Origin: Eledone cirrhosa
Taxonomy: Eukaryota
Direction: 5' to 3'
Length of the DNA stretch: 64,000 nucleotides
NCBI GenBank assembly: GCA_964016885.1
Contig: OZ024740.1
Coordinates: 46,438,001 to 46,502,000 of the forward strand
Numbering within the stretch: the first letter of the stretch is position 1; each line of letters opens with the position of its first letter. Below the pieces are notes generated by a model that made no database searches, was not told the origin of the DNA, and was given only the letters and a program-made list of their open reading frames with translations. Both the position numbers and the translations under genes were made by a program. Of the stretch, positions 1 to 14,900 are shown piece by piece.

Positions 1-3000
1 AACCTCTACTATAGCCACAACCCAGCCTAACAGAATTACAATGTAACCTCTACTATAGCCACAACCTAGCCTAACAGAATTACAATGTAACCTCTACTAT
101 AGCCACAACCTAGCCTAACAGAATTACAATGTAACCTCTACTATAGCCACAACCTAGCCTAACAGAATTACAATGTAACCTCTACTATAGCCACAACCTA
201 GCCTAACAGAATTACAATGTAACCTCTACTATAGCCACAACCTAGCCTAACAGAATTACAATGTAACCTCTACTATAGCCACAACCTAGCCTAACAGAAT
301 TACAATGTAACCTCTACTATAGCCACAACCTAGCCTAACAGAATTACAATGTAACCTCTACTATAGCCACAACACAGCCTAACAGAATTACAATGTAACC
401 TCTACTATAGCCACAACCCAGTCTAACAGAATTACAATGTAACCTCTACTATAGCCACAACCCAGTCTAACAGAATTACAATGTAACCTCTACTATAGCC
501 ACAACCCAGTCTAAAAGAATTACAATGTAACCTCTACTATAGCCACAACCCAGTCTAACAGAATTACAATGTAACCTCTACTATAGCCACAACCCAGTCT
601 AACAGAATTACAATGTAACATCTACTATAGCCACAACCCAGCCTAACAGAATTACAATGTAACCTCTACTATCGCCACAACCCAGTCTAACAGAATTACA
701 ATGTAACCTCTACTATAGCCACAACCCAGTCTAACAGAATTACAATGTAACCTCTACTATAGCCACAACCCAGTCTAACAGAATTACAATGTAACATCTA
801 CTATAGCCACAACCCAACCTAACAGCAGAATTACAATGTAACCTCTACTATAGCCACAACCCAGTCTAACAGAATTACAATGTAACCTCTACTATAGCCA
901 CAACCCAGTCTAACAGAATTACAATGTAACCTCTACTATAGCCACAACCCAACCTAACAGCAGAATTACAACGTAACCTCTACTATAGCCACAACCCAGC
1001 CTAACAGAATTACAATGTAACCTCTACTATAGCCACAACCCTGCCTAACAGAATTACAATGTAACCCCTACTATAGCCACAACCCAGTCTAACAGAATTA
1101 CAATGTAACCTCTACTATAGCCACAACCCAGTCTAACAGAATTACAATGTAACCTCTACTATAGCCACAACCCAACCTAACAGCAGAATTACAATGTAAC
1201 CTCTACTATAGCCACAACCCAGCCTAACAGAATTACAATGTAACCTCTACTATAGCCACAACCCAGTCTAACAGAATTACAATGTAACCTCTACTATAGC
1301 CACAACCCAGTCTAACAGAATTACAATGTAACCTCTACTATAGCCACAACCCAGTCTAACAGAATTACAATGTAACCTCTACTATAGCCACAACCCAGTC
1401 TAACAGAATTACAATGTAACCTCTACTATAGCCACAACCCAGTCTAACAGAATTACAATGTAACCTCTACTATAGCCACAACCCAGACTAACAGAATTAC
1501 AATGTAACCTCTACTATAGCCACAACCCAGTCTAACAGAATTACAATGTAACCTCTACTATAGCCACAACCCAGTCTAACAGAATTACAATGTAACCTCT
1601 ACTATAGCCACAACCCAGTCTAACAGAATTACAATGTAACCTCTACTATAGCCACAACCCAGTCTAACAGAATTACAATGTAACCTCTACTATAGCCACA
1701 ACCCAGTCTAACAGAATTACAATGTAACCTCTACTATAGCCACAACCCAGTCTAACAGAATTACAATGTAACCTCTACTATAGCCACAACCCAGTCTAAC
1801 AGAATTACAATGTAACCTCTACTATAGCCACAACCCAGCCTAACAGAATTACAATGTAACCTCTATAATAGCCACAACCCATTCTAACAGAATTACAATG
1901 TAACCTCTACTATAGCCACAACCCAGTCTAACAGAATTACAATGTAACCTCTACTATAGCCACAACCCAGTCTAACAGAATTACAATGTAACCTCTACTA
2001 TAGCCACAACCCAGTCTAACAGAATTACAATGTAACCTCTACTATAGCCACAACCCAGTCTAACAGAATTACAATGTAACCTCTACTATAGCCACAACCC
2101 AGCCTAACAGAATTACAATGTAACCTCTACTATAGCCACAACCCAGTCTAACAGAATTACAATGTAACCTCTACTATAGCCACAACCCAGTCTAACAGAA
2201 TTACAATGTAACCTCTACTATAGCCACAACCCAGTCTAACAGAATTACAATGTAACCTCTACTATAGCCACAACCCAGTCTAACAGAATTACAATGTAAC
2301 CTCTACTATAGCCACAACCTAGCCTATCAGAATTACAATGTAACCTCTACTATAGCCACAATCTAGCCTAACAGAATTACAATGTAACCTCTACTATAGT
2401 CACAACCCAGCCTAACAGAATTACAATGTAACCTCTACTATAGTCACAACCCAGCCTAACAGAATTACAATGTAACCTCTACTATAGCCACAACCCAGTC
2501 TAACAGAATTACAATGTAACCTCTACTATAGCCACAACCTAGCCTAACAGAATTACAATGTAACCTCTACTATAGCCACAACCCAGCCTAACAGAATTAC
2601 AATGTAACCTCTACTATAGCCACAACCTAGCCTAACAGAATTACAATGTAACCTCTACTATAGCCACAACCTAGCCTAACAGAATTACAATGTAACCTCT
2701 ACTATAGCCACAACCTAGCCTAACAGAATTACAATGTAACCTCTACTATAGCCACAACCTAGCCTAACAGAATTACAATGTAACCTCTACTATAGCCACA
2801 ACCTAGCCTAACAGAATTACAATGTAACCTCTACTATAGCCACAACCTAGCCTAACAGAATTACAATGTAACCTCTACTATAGTCACAACCTAGCCTAAC
2901 AGAATTACAATGTAACCTCTACTATAGCCACAACCTAGCCTAACAGAATTACAATGTAAACTCTACTATAGCCACAACACAGCCTAACAGAATTACAATG

Positions 3001-3532
3001 TAACCTCTACTATAGCCACAACCCAGCCTAACAGAATTACAATGTAACCTCTACTATAGCCACAACCCAGCCTAACAGAATTACAATGTAACCTCTACTA
3101 TAGCCACAACCCAGTCTAACAGAATTACAATGTAACCTCTACTATAGCCACAACCCAGCCTAACAGAATTACAATGTAACCTCTACTATAGCCACAACCC
3201 AGCCTAACAGAATTACAATGTAACCCCTACTATAGCCACAACCCAGTCTAACAGAATTACAATGTAACCTCTACTATAGCCACAACCCAGTCTAACAGAA
3301 TTACAATGTAACCTCTACTATAGCCACAACCCAACCTAACAGCAGAATTACAATGTAACCTCTACTATAGCCACAACCCAGCCTAACAGAATTACAATGT
3401 AACCTCTACTATAGCCACAACCCAGTCTAACAGAATTACAATGTAACCTCTACTATAGCCACAACCCAGTCTAACAGAATTACAATGTAACCTCTACTAT
3501 AGCCACAACCCAGTCTAACAGAATTACAATGT

Positions 3533-6500
3533 AACTTCTACTATAGCCACAACCCAGTCTAACAGAATTACAATGTAACCTCTACTATAGCCACAACCCA
3601 GTCTAACAGAATTACAATGTAACCTCTACTATAGCCACAACCCAGCCTAACAGAATTACAATGTAACCTCTACTATAGCCACAACCCAGTCTAACAGAAT
3701 TACAATGTAACCTCTACTATAGCCACAACCCAGTCTAACAGAATTACAATGTAACCTCTACTATAGCCACAACCCAGTCTAACAGCAGAATTACAATGTA
3801 ACCTCTACTATAGCCACAACCCAGCCTAACAGAATTACAATGTAACCTCTACTATAGCCACAACCCAGTCTAACAGAATTACAATGTAACCTCTACTATA
3901 GCCACAACCCAGTCTAACAGAATTACAATGTAACCTCTACTATAGCCACAACCCAGTCTAACAGAATTACAATGTAACCTCTACTATAGCCACAACCCAG
4001 TCTAACAGAATTACAATGTAACCTCTACTATAGCCACAACCCAGTCTAACAGAATTACAATGTAACCTCTACTATAGCCACAACCCAGCCTAACAGAATT
4101 ACAATGTAACCTCTACTATAGCCACAACCCAGTCTAACAGAATTACAATGTAACCTCTACTATAGCCACAACCCAGTCTAACAGAATTACAATGTAACCT
4201 CTACTATAGCCACAACCCAGCCTAACAGAATTACAATGTAACCTCTACTATAGCCACAACCCAGTCTAACAGAATTACAATGTAAACTCTACTATAGCCA
4301 CAACCCAGTCTAACAGAATTACAATGTAACCTCTACTATAGCCACAACCTAGCCTATCAGAATTACAATGTAACCTCTACTATAGCCGCAACCTAGCCTA
4401 ACAGAATTACAATGTAACCTCTACTATAGTCACAACCCAGCCTAACAGAATTACAATGTAACCTCTACTATAGCCACAACCTAGCCTAACAGAATTACAA
4501 TGTAACCTCTACTATAGCCACAACCCAGCCTAACAGAATTACAATGTAACCTCTACTATAGCCACAACCTAGCCTAACAGAATTACAATGTAACCTCTAC
4601 TATAGCCACAACCTAGCCTAACAGAATTACAATGTAACCTCTACTATAGCCACAACCTAGCCTAACAGAATTACAATGTAACCTCTACTATAGCCACAAC
4701 CTAGCCTAACAGAATTACAATGTAACCTCTACTATAGCCACAACCTAGCCTAACAGAATTACAATGTAACCTCTACTATAGCCACAACCTAGCCTAACAG
4801 AATTACAATGTAACCTCTACTATAGCCACAACCTAGCCTAACAGAATTACAATGTAACCTCTACTATAGCCACAACACAGCCTAACAGAATTACAATGTA
4901 ACCTCTACTATAGCCACAACCCAGTCTAACAGAATTACAATGTAACCTCTACTATAGCCACAACCCAGTCTAACAGAATTACAATGTAACCTCTACTATA
5001 GCCACAACCCAGTCTAAAAGAATTACAATGTAACCTCTACTATAGCCACAACCCAGTCTAACAGAATTACAATGTAACCTCTACTATAGCCACAACCCAG
5101 TCTAACAGAATTACAATGTAACATCTACTATAGCCACAACCCAGCCTAACAGAATTACAATGTAACCTCTACTATCGCCACAACCCAGTCTAACAGAATT
5201 ACAATGTAACCTCTACTATAGCCACAACCCAGTCTAACAGAATTACAATGTAACCTCTACTATAGCCACAACCCAGTCTAACAGAATTACAATGTAACCT
5301 CTACTATAGCCACAACCCAACCTAACAGCAGAATTACAATGTAACCTCTACTATAGCCACAACCCAGTCTAACAGAATTACAATGTAACCTCTACTATAG
5401 CCACAACCCAGTCTAACAGAATTACAATGTAACCTCTACTATAGCCACAACCCAACCTAACAGCAGAATTACAACGTAACCTCTACTATAGCCACAACCC
5501 AGCCTAACAGAATTACAATGTAACCTCTACTATAGCCACAACCCTGCCTAACAGAATTACAATGTAACCCCTACTATAGCCACAACCCAGTCTAACAGAA
5601 TTACAATGTAACCTCTACTATAGCCACAACCCAGTCTAACAGAATTACAATGTAACCTCTACTATAGCCACAACCCAGTCTAACAGAATTACAATGTAAC
5701 TTCTACTATAGCCACAACCCAGTCTAACAGAATTACAATGTAACCTCTACTATAGCCACAACCCAGTCTAACAGAATTACAATGTAACCTCTACTATAGC
5801 CACAACCCAGCCTAACAGAATTACAATGTAACCTCTACTATAGCCACAACCCAGTCTAACAGAATTACAATGTAACCTCTACTATAGCCACAACCCAGTC
5901 TAACAGAATTACAATGTAACCTCTACTATAGCCACAACCCAGTCTAACAGCAGAATTACAATGTAACCTCTACTATAGCCACAACCCAGCCTAACAGAAT
6001 TACAATGTAACCTCTACTATAGCCACAACCCAGTCTAACAGAATTACAATGTAACCTCTACTATAGCCACAACCCAGTCTAACAGAATTACAATGTAACC
6101 TCTACTATAGCCACAACCCAGTCTAACAGAATTACAATGTAACCTCTACTATAGCCACAACCCAGTCTAACAGAATTACAATGTAACCTCTACTATAGCC
6201 ACAACCCAGTCTAACAGAATTACAATGTAACCTCTACTATAGCCACAACCCAGCCTAACAGAATTACAATGTAACCTCTACTATAGCCACAACCCAGTCT
6301 AACAGAATTACAATGTAACCTCTACTATAGCCACAACCCAGTCTAACAGAATTACAATGTAACCTCTACTATAGCCACAACCCAGCCTAACAGAATTACA
6401 ATGTAACCTCTACTATAGCCACAACCCAGTCTAACAGAATTACAATGTAAACTCTACTATAGCCACAACCCAGTCTAACAGAATTACAATGTAACCTCTA

Positions 6501-7900
6501 CTATAGCCACAACCTAGCCTATCAGAATTACAATGTAACCTCTACTATAGCCGCAACCTAGCCTAACAGAATTACAATGTAACCTCTACTATAGTCACAA
6601 CCCAGCCTAACAGAATTACAATGTAACCTCTACTATAGTCACAACCCAGCCTAACAGAATTACAATGTAACCTCTACTATAGCCACAACCTAGCCTAACA
6701 GAATTACAATGTAACCTCTACTATAGCCACAACCCAGCCTAACAGAATTACAATGTAACCTCTACTATAGCCACAACCTAGCCTAACAGAATTACAATGT
6801 AACCTCTACTATAGCCACAACCTAGCCTAACAGAATTACAATGTAACCTCTACTATAGCCACAACCTAGCCTAACAGAATTACAATGTAACCTCTACTAT
6901 AGCCACAACCTAGCCTAACAGAATTACAATGTAACCTCTACTATAGCCACAACCTAGCCTAACAGAATTACAATGTAACCTCTACTATAGCCACAACCTA
7001 GCCTAACAGAATTACAATGTAACCTCTACTATAGCCACAACCTAGCCTAACAGAATTACAATGTAACCTCTACTATAGCCACAACACAGCCTAACAGAAT
7101 TACAATGTAACCTCTACTATAGCCACAACCCAGTCTAACAGAATTACAATGTAACCTCTACTATAGCCACAACCCAGTCTAACAGAATTACAATGTAACC
7201 TCTACTATAGCCACAACCCAGTCTAAAAGAATTACAATGTAACCTCTACTATAGCCACAACCCAGTCTAACAGAATTACAATGTAACCTCTACTATAGCC
7301 ACAACCCAGTCTAACAGAATTACAATGTAACATCTACTATAGCCACAACCCAGCCTAACAGAATTACAATGTAACCTCTACTATCGCCACAACCCAGTCT
7401 AACAGAATTACAATGTAACCTCTACTATAGCCACAACCCAGTCTAACAGAATTACAATGTAACCTCTACTATAGCCACAACCCAGTCTAACAGAATTACA
7501 ATGTAACCTCTACTATAGCCACAACCCAACCTAACAGCAGAATTACAATGTAACCTCTACTATAGCCACAACCCAGTCTAACAGAATTACAATGTAACCT
7601 CTACTATAGCCACAACCCAGTCTAACAGAATTACAATGTAACCTCTACTATAGCCACAACCCAACCTAACAGCAGAATTACAACGTAACCTCTACTATAG
7701 CCACAACCCAGCCTAACAGAATTACAATGTAACCTCTACTATAGCCACAACCCTGCCTAACAGAATTACAATGTAACCCCTACTATAGCCACAACCCAGT
7801 CTAACAGAATTACAATGTAACCTCTACTATAGCCACAACCCAGTCTAACAGAATTACAATGTAACCTCTACTATAGCCACAACCCAACCTAACAGCAGAA
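3533..7900. repeat. Tandem higher-order duplication of about 2.2 kb (49-50 monomers), with a partial third copy at about 1-1100
   Basis: Rare markers recur in order. AACTTC monomer at 3533/5698 and GCCGCAA at about 4385/6550 (offset 2165). ATCGCC monomer at 661/5164/7373 (last offset 2209 = 50x44 + 3x3). TCTAAAAG, AACATCT, CAACGTAA and CCCTGCC are shared by all three. Boundaries approximate. Confidence 0.85.
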
Positions 7901-10900
7901 TTACAATGTAACCTCTACTATAGCCACAACCCAGCCTAACAGAATTACAATGTAACCTCTACTATAGCCACAACCCAGTCTAACAGAATTACAATGTAAC
8001 CTCTACTATAGCCACAACCCAGTCTAACAGAATTACAATGTAACCTCTACTATAACCACAACCCAGTCTAACAGAATTACAATGTAACCTCTACTATAGC
8101 CACAACCCAGTCTAACAGAATTACAATGTAACCTCTACTATAGCCACAACCCAGTCTAACAGAATTACAATGTAACCTCTACTATAGCCACAACCCAGCC
8201 TAACAGAATTACAATGTAACCTCTACTATAGCCACAACCCAGTCTAACAGAATTACAATGTAACCTCTACTATAGCCACAACCCAGTCTAACAGAATTAC
8301 AATGTAACCTCTACTATAGCCACAACCCAGTCTAACAGAATTACAATGTAACTTCTACTATAGCCACAACCCAGTCTAACAGAATTACAATGTAACCTCT
8401 ACTATAGCCACAACCCAGTCTAACAGAATTACAATGTAACCTCTACTATAGCCACAACCCAGCCTAACAGAATTACAATGTAACCTCTACTATAGCCACA
8501 ACCCAGTCTAACAGAATTACAATGTAACCTCTACTATAGCCACAACCCAGTCTAACAGAATTACAATGTAACCTCTACTATAGCCACAACCCAGTCTAAC
8601 AGAATTACAATGTAACCTCTACTATAGCCACAACCCAGTCTAACAGAATTACAATGTAACCTCTACTATAGTCACAACCCAGTCTAACAGAATTACAATG
8701 TAACCTCTACTATAGCCACAACCCAGTCTAACAGAATTACAATGTAACCTCTACTATAGCCACAACCCAGTCTAACAGAATTACAATGTAACCTCTACTA
8801 TAGCCACAACCCAGCCTAACAGAATTACAATGTAACCTCTACTATAGCCACAACCCAGTCTAACAGAATTACAATGTAACCTCTACTATAGCCACAACCC
8901 AGTCTAACAGAATTACAATGTAACCTCTACTATAGCCACAACCCAGTCTAACAGAATTACAATGTAACCTCTACTATAGCCACAACCCAGTCTAACAGAA
9001 TTACAATGTAACCTCTACTATAGCCACAACCTAGCCTATCAGAATTACAATGTAACCTCTACTATAGCCACAACCTAGCCTAACAGAATTACAATGTAAC
9101 CTCTACTATAGTCACAACCCAGCCTAACAGAATTACAATGTAACCTCTACTATAGTCACAACCCAGCCTAACAGAATTACAATGTAACCTCTACTATAGC
9201 CACAACCCAGTCTAACAGAATTACAATGTAACCTCTACTATAGCCACAACCTAGCCTAACAGAATTACAATGTAACCTCTACTATAGCCACAACCCAGCC
9301 TAACAGAATTACAATGTAACCTCTACTATAGCCACAACCTAGCCTAACAGAATTACAATGTAACCTCTACTATAGCCACAACCTAGCCTAACAGAATTAC
9401 AATGTAACCTCTACTATAGCCACAACCTAGCCTAACAGAATTACAATGTAACCTCTACTATAGCCACAACCTAGCCTAACAGAATTACAATGTAACCTCT
9501 ACTATAGCCACAACCCAGTCTAACAGAATTACAATGTAACTTCTACTATAGCCACAACCCAGTCTAACAGAATTACAATGTAACCTCTACTATAGCCACA
9601 ACCCAACCTAACAGCAGAATTACAATGTAACCTCTACTATAGCCACAACCTAGCCTAACAGAATTACAATGTAACCTCTACTATAGCCACAACCTAGCCT
9701 AACAGAATTACAATGTAACCTCTACTATAGCCACAACCCAGTCTAACAGAATTACAATGTAACCTCTACTATAGCCACAACCCAGTCTAACAGAATTACA
9801 ATGTAACTTCTACTATACCCACAACCCAGTCTAACAGAATTACAATGTAACCTCTACTATAGCCACAACCCAACCTAACAGCAGAATTACAATGTAACCT
9901 CTACTATAGCCACAACCAAGCCTAACAGAATTACAATGTAACCTCTACTATAGCCACAACGCAGTCTAACAGAATTACAATGTAACCTCTACTATAGCCA
10001 CAACCCAGTCTAACAGAATTACAATGTAACCTCTACTATAGCCACAACCCAACCTAACAGCAGAATTACAATGTAACCTCTACTATAGCCACAACCCAGC
10101 CTAACAGAATTACAATGTAACCTCTACTATAGCCACAACCCAGTCTAACAGAATTACAATGTAACCTCTACTATAGCCACAACCCAGTCTAACAGAATTA
10201 CAATGTAACCTCTACTATAGCCACAACCCAGCCTAACAGAATTACAATGTAACCTCTACTATAGCCACAACCCAGTCTAACAGAATTACAATGTAACCTC
10301 TACTATAGCCACAACCCAGTCTAACAGAATTACAATGTAACCTCTACTATAGCCACAACCCAGCCTAACAGAATTACAATGTAACCTCTACTATAGCCAC
10401 AACCTAGCCTAACAGAATTACAATGTAACCTCTACAATAGCCACAACCCAGTCTAACAGAATTACAATGTAACCTTTACTATAGCCACAACCCAGCCTAA
10501 CAGAATTACAATGTAACCTCTACTATAGTCACAACCCAGCCTAACAGAATTACAATGTAACCTCTACTATAGCCACAACCCAGTCTAACAGAATTACAAT
10601 GTAACCTCTACTATAGCCACAACCCAGTCTAACAGAATTACAATGTAACCTCTACTATAGCCACAACCTAGCCTATCAGAATTACAATGTAACCTCTACT
10701 ATAGCCACAACCCATTCTAACAGAATTACAATGTAACCTCTACTATAGTCACAACCCAGCCTAACAGAATTACAATGTAACCTCTACTATAGCCACAACC
10801 CAGTCTAACAGAATTACAATGTAACCTCTACTATAGCCACAACCCAGTCTAACAGAATTACAATGTAACCTCTACTATAGCCACAACCTAGCCTAACAGA

Positions 10901-11922
10901 ATTACAATGTAACCTCTACTATAGCCACAACCTAGCCTAACAGAATTACAATGTAACCTCTACTATAGTCACAACCCAGCCTAACAGAATTACAATGTAA
11001 CCTCTACTATAGCCACAACCCAGTCTAACAGAATTACAATGTAAACTCTACTATAGCCACAACCCAGTCTAACAGAATTACAATGTAACCTCTACTATAG
11101 CCACAACCTAGCCTATCAGAATTACAATGTAACCTCTACTATAGCCACAACCTAGCCTAACAGAATTACAATGTAACCTCTACTATAGTCACAACCCAGC
11201 CTAACAGAATTACAATGTAACCTCTACTATAGTCACAACCCAGCCTAACAGAATTACAATGTAACCTCTACTATAGCCACAACCTAGCCTAACAGAATTA
11301 CAATGTAACCTCTACTATAGCCACAACCCAGCCTAACAGAATTACAATGTAACCTCTACTATAGCCACAACCTAGCCTAACAGAATTACAATGTAACCTC
11401 TACTATAGCCACAACCTAGCCTAACAGAATTACAATGTAACCTCTACTATAGCCACAACCTAGCCTAACAGAATTACAATGTAACCTCTACTATAGCCAC
11501 AACCTAGCCTAACAGAATTACAATGTAACCTCTACTATAGCCACAACCTAGCCTAACAGAATTACAATGTAACCTCTACTATAGCCACAACCTAGCCTAA
11601 CAGAATTACAATGTAACCTCTACTATAGCCACAACCTAGCCTAACAGAATTACAATGTAACCTCTACTATAGCCACAACCTAGCCTAACAGAATTACAAT
11701 GTAACCTCTACTATAGCCACAACACAGCCTAACAGAATTACAATGTAACCTCTACTATAGCCACAACCCAGCCTAACAGAACTACAATGTAACCTCTACT
11801 ATAGCCACAACCCAGCCTAACAGAATTACAATGTAACCTCTACTATAGCCACAACCCAGTCTAACAGAATTACAATGTAACCTCTACTATAGCCACAACC
11901 CAGCCTAACAGAATTACAATGT

Positions 11923-14900
11923 AACCTCTACTATAGCCACAACCCTGCCTAACAGAATTACAATGTAACCCCTACTATAGCCACAACCCAGTCTAACAGA
12001 ATTACAATGTAACTTCTACTATAGCCACAACCCAGTCTAACAGAATTACAATGTAACCTCTACTATAGCCACAACCCAACCTAACAGCAGAATTACAATG
12101 TAACCTCTACTATAGCCACAACCCAGCGTAACAGAATTACAATGTAACCTCTACTATAGCCACAACCCAGTCTAACAGAATTACAATGTAACCTCTACTA
12201 TAGCCACAACCCAGTCTAACAGAATTACAATGTAACCTCTACTATAGCCACAACCCAGTCTAAAAGAATTACAATGTAACCTCTACTATAGCCACAACCC
12301 AGTCTAACAGAATTACAATGTAACCTCTACTATAGCCACAACCCAGTCTAACAGAATTACAATGTAACCTCTACTATAGCCACAACCCAGCCTAACAGAA
12401 TTACAATGTAACCTCTACTATAGCCACAACCCAGTCTAACAGAATTACAATGTAACCTCTACTATAGCCACAACCCAGTCTAACAGAATTACAATGTAAC
12501 CTCTACTATAGCCACAACCCAGTCTAACAGAATTACAATGTAACCTCTACTATAGCCACAACCCAACCTAACAGCAGAATTACAATGTAACCTCTACTAT
12601 AGCCACAACCCAGTCTAACAGAATTACAATGTAACCTCTACTATAGCCACAACCCAGTCTAACAGAATTACAATGTAACCTCTACTATAGCCACAACCCA
12701 ACCTAACAGCAGAATTACAACGTAACCTCTACTATAGCCACAACCCAGCCTAACAGAATTACAATGTAACCTCTACTATAGCCACAACCCTGCCTAACAG
12801 AATTACAATGTAACCCCTACTATAGCCACAACCCAGTCTAACAGAATTACAATGTAACCTCTACTATAGCCACAACCCAGTCTAACAGAATTACAATGTA
12901 ACCTCTACTATAGCCACAACCCAACCTAACAGCAGAATTACAATGTAACTTCTACTATAGCCACAACCCAGCCTAACAGAATTACAATGTAACCTCTACT
13001 ATAGCCACAACCCAGTCTAACAGAATTACAATGTAACCTCTACTATAGCCACAACCCAGTCTAACAGAATTACAATGTAACCTCTACTATAGCCACAACC
13101 CAGTCTAACAGAATTACAATGTAACCTCTACTATAGCCACAACCCAGTCTAACAGAATTACAATGTAACCTCTACTATAGCCACAACCCAGTCTAACAGA
13201 ATTACAATGTAACCTCTACTATAGCCACAACCCAGTCTAACAGAATTACAATGTAACCTCTACTATAGCCACAACCCAGTCTAACAGAATTACAATGTAA
13301 CCTCTACTATAGCCACAACCCAGCCTAACAGAATTACAATGTAACCTCTACTATAGCCACAACCCATTCTAACAGAATTACAATGTAACCTCTACTATAG
13401 CCACAACCCAGTCTAACAGAATTACAATGTAACCTCTACTATAGCCACAACCCAGTCTAACAGAATTACATTGTAACCTCTACTATAGCCACAACCCAGT
13501 CTAACAGAATTACAATGTAACCTCTACTATAGCCACAACCCAGTCTAACAGAATTACAATGTAACCTCTACTATAGCCACAACCCAGTCTAACAGAATTA
13601 CAATGTAACCTCTACTATAGCCACAACCCAGCCTAACAGAATTACAATGTAACCTCTACTATAGCCACAACCCAGTCTAACAGAATTACAATGTAACCTC
13701 TACTATAGCCACAACCCAGTCTAACAGAATTACAATGTAACCTCTACTATAGCCACAACCTAGCCTATCAGAATTACAATGTAACCTCTACTATAGCCAC
13801 AACCCATTCTAACAGAATTACAATGTAACCTCTACTATAGTCACAACCCAGCCTAACAGAATTACAATGTAACCTCTACTATAGCCACAACCCAGTCTAA
13901 CAGAATTACAATGTAACCTCTACTATAGCCACAACCCAGTCTAACAGAATTACAATGTAACCTCTACTATAGCCACAACCTAGCCTAACAGAATTACAAT
14001 GTAACCTCTACTATAGCCACAACACAGCCTAACAGAATTACAATGTAACCTCTACTATAGCCACAACCCAGCCTAACAGAATTACAATGTAAACTCTACT
14101 ATAGCCACAACCCAGTCTAACAGAATTACAATGTAACCTCTACTATAGCCACAACCTAGCCTATCAGAATTACAATGTAACCTCTACTATAGCCACAACC
14201 TAGCCTAACAGAATTACAATGTAACCTCTACTATAGTCACAACCCAGCCTAACAGAATTACAATGTAACCTCTACTATAGTCACAACCCAGCCTAACAGA
14301 ATTACAATGTAACCTCTACTATAGCCACAACCTAGCCTAACAGAATTACAATGTAACCTCTACTATAGCCACAACCCAGCCTAACAGAATTACAATGTAA
14401 CCTCTACTATAGCCACAACCTAGCCTAACAGAATTACAATGTAACCTCTACTATAGCCACAACCTAGCCTAACAGAATTACAATGTAACCTCTACTATAG
14501 CCACAACCTAGCCTAACAGAATTACAATGTAACCTCTACTATAGCCACAACCTAGCCTAACAGAATTACAATGTAACCTCTACTATAGCCACAACCTAGC
14601 CTAACAGAATTACAATGTAACCTCTACTATAGCCACAACCTAGCCTAACAGAATTACAATGTAACCTCTACTATAGCCACAACCTAGCCTAACAGAATTA
14701 CAATGTAACCTCTACTATAGCCACAACCTAGCCTAACAGAATTACAATGTAACCTCTACTATAGCCACAACACAGCCTAACAGAATTACAATGTAACCTC
14801 TACTATAGCCACAACCCTGCCTAACAGAATTACAATGTAACCCCTACTATAGCCACAACCCAGTCTAACAGAATTACAATGTAACTTCTACTATAGCCAC

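Noticed and set aside
8-14. ACTATAG resembling the 3' end of T7/SP6 promoters, or a TATA box
   Set aside because: The upstream specificity bases (TAATACGACTC or ATTTAGGTGAC) are absent, so this is a short chance match.
41-46. ATGTAA start-stop element in each monomer
   Set aside because: It is a by-product of the TTACA/TGTAA dyad, and there is no evidence of transcription.
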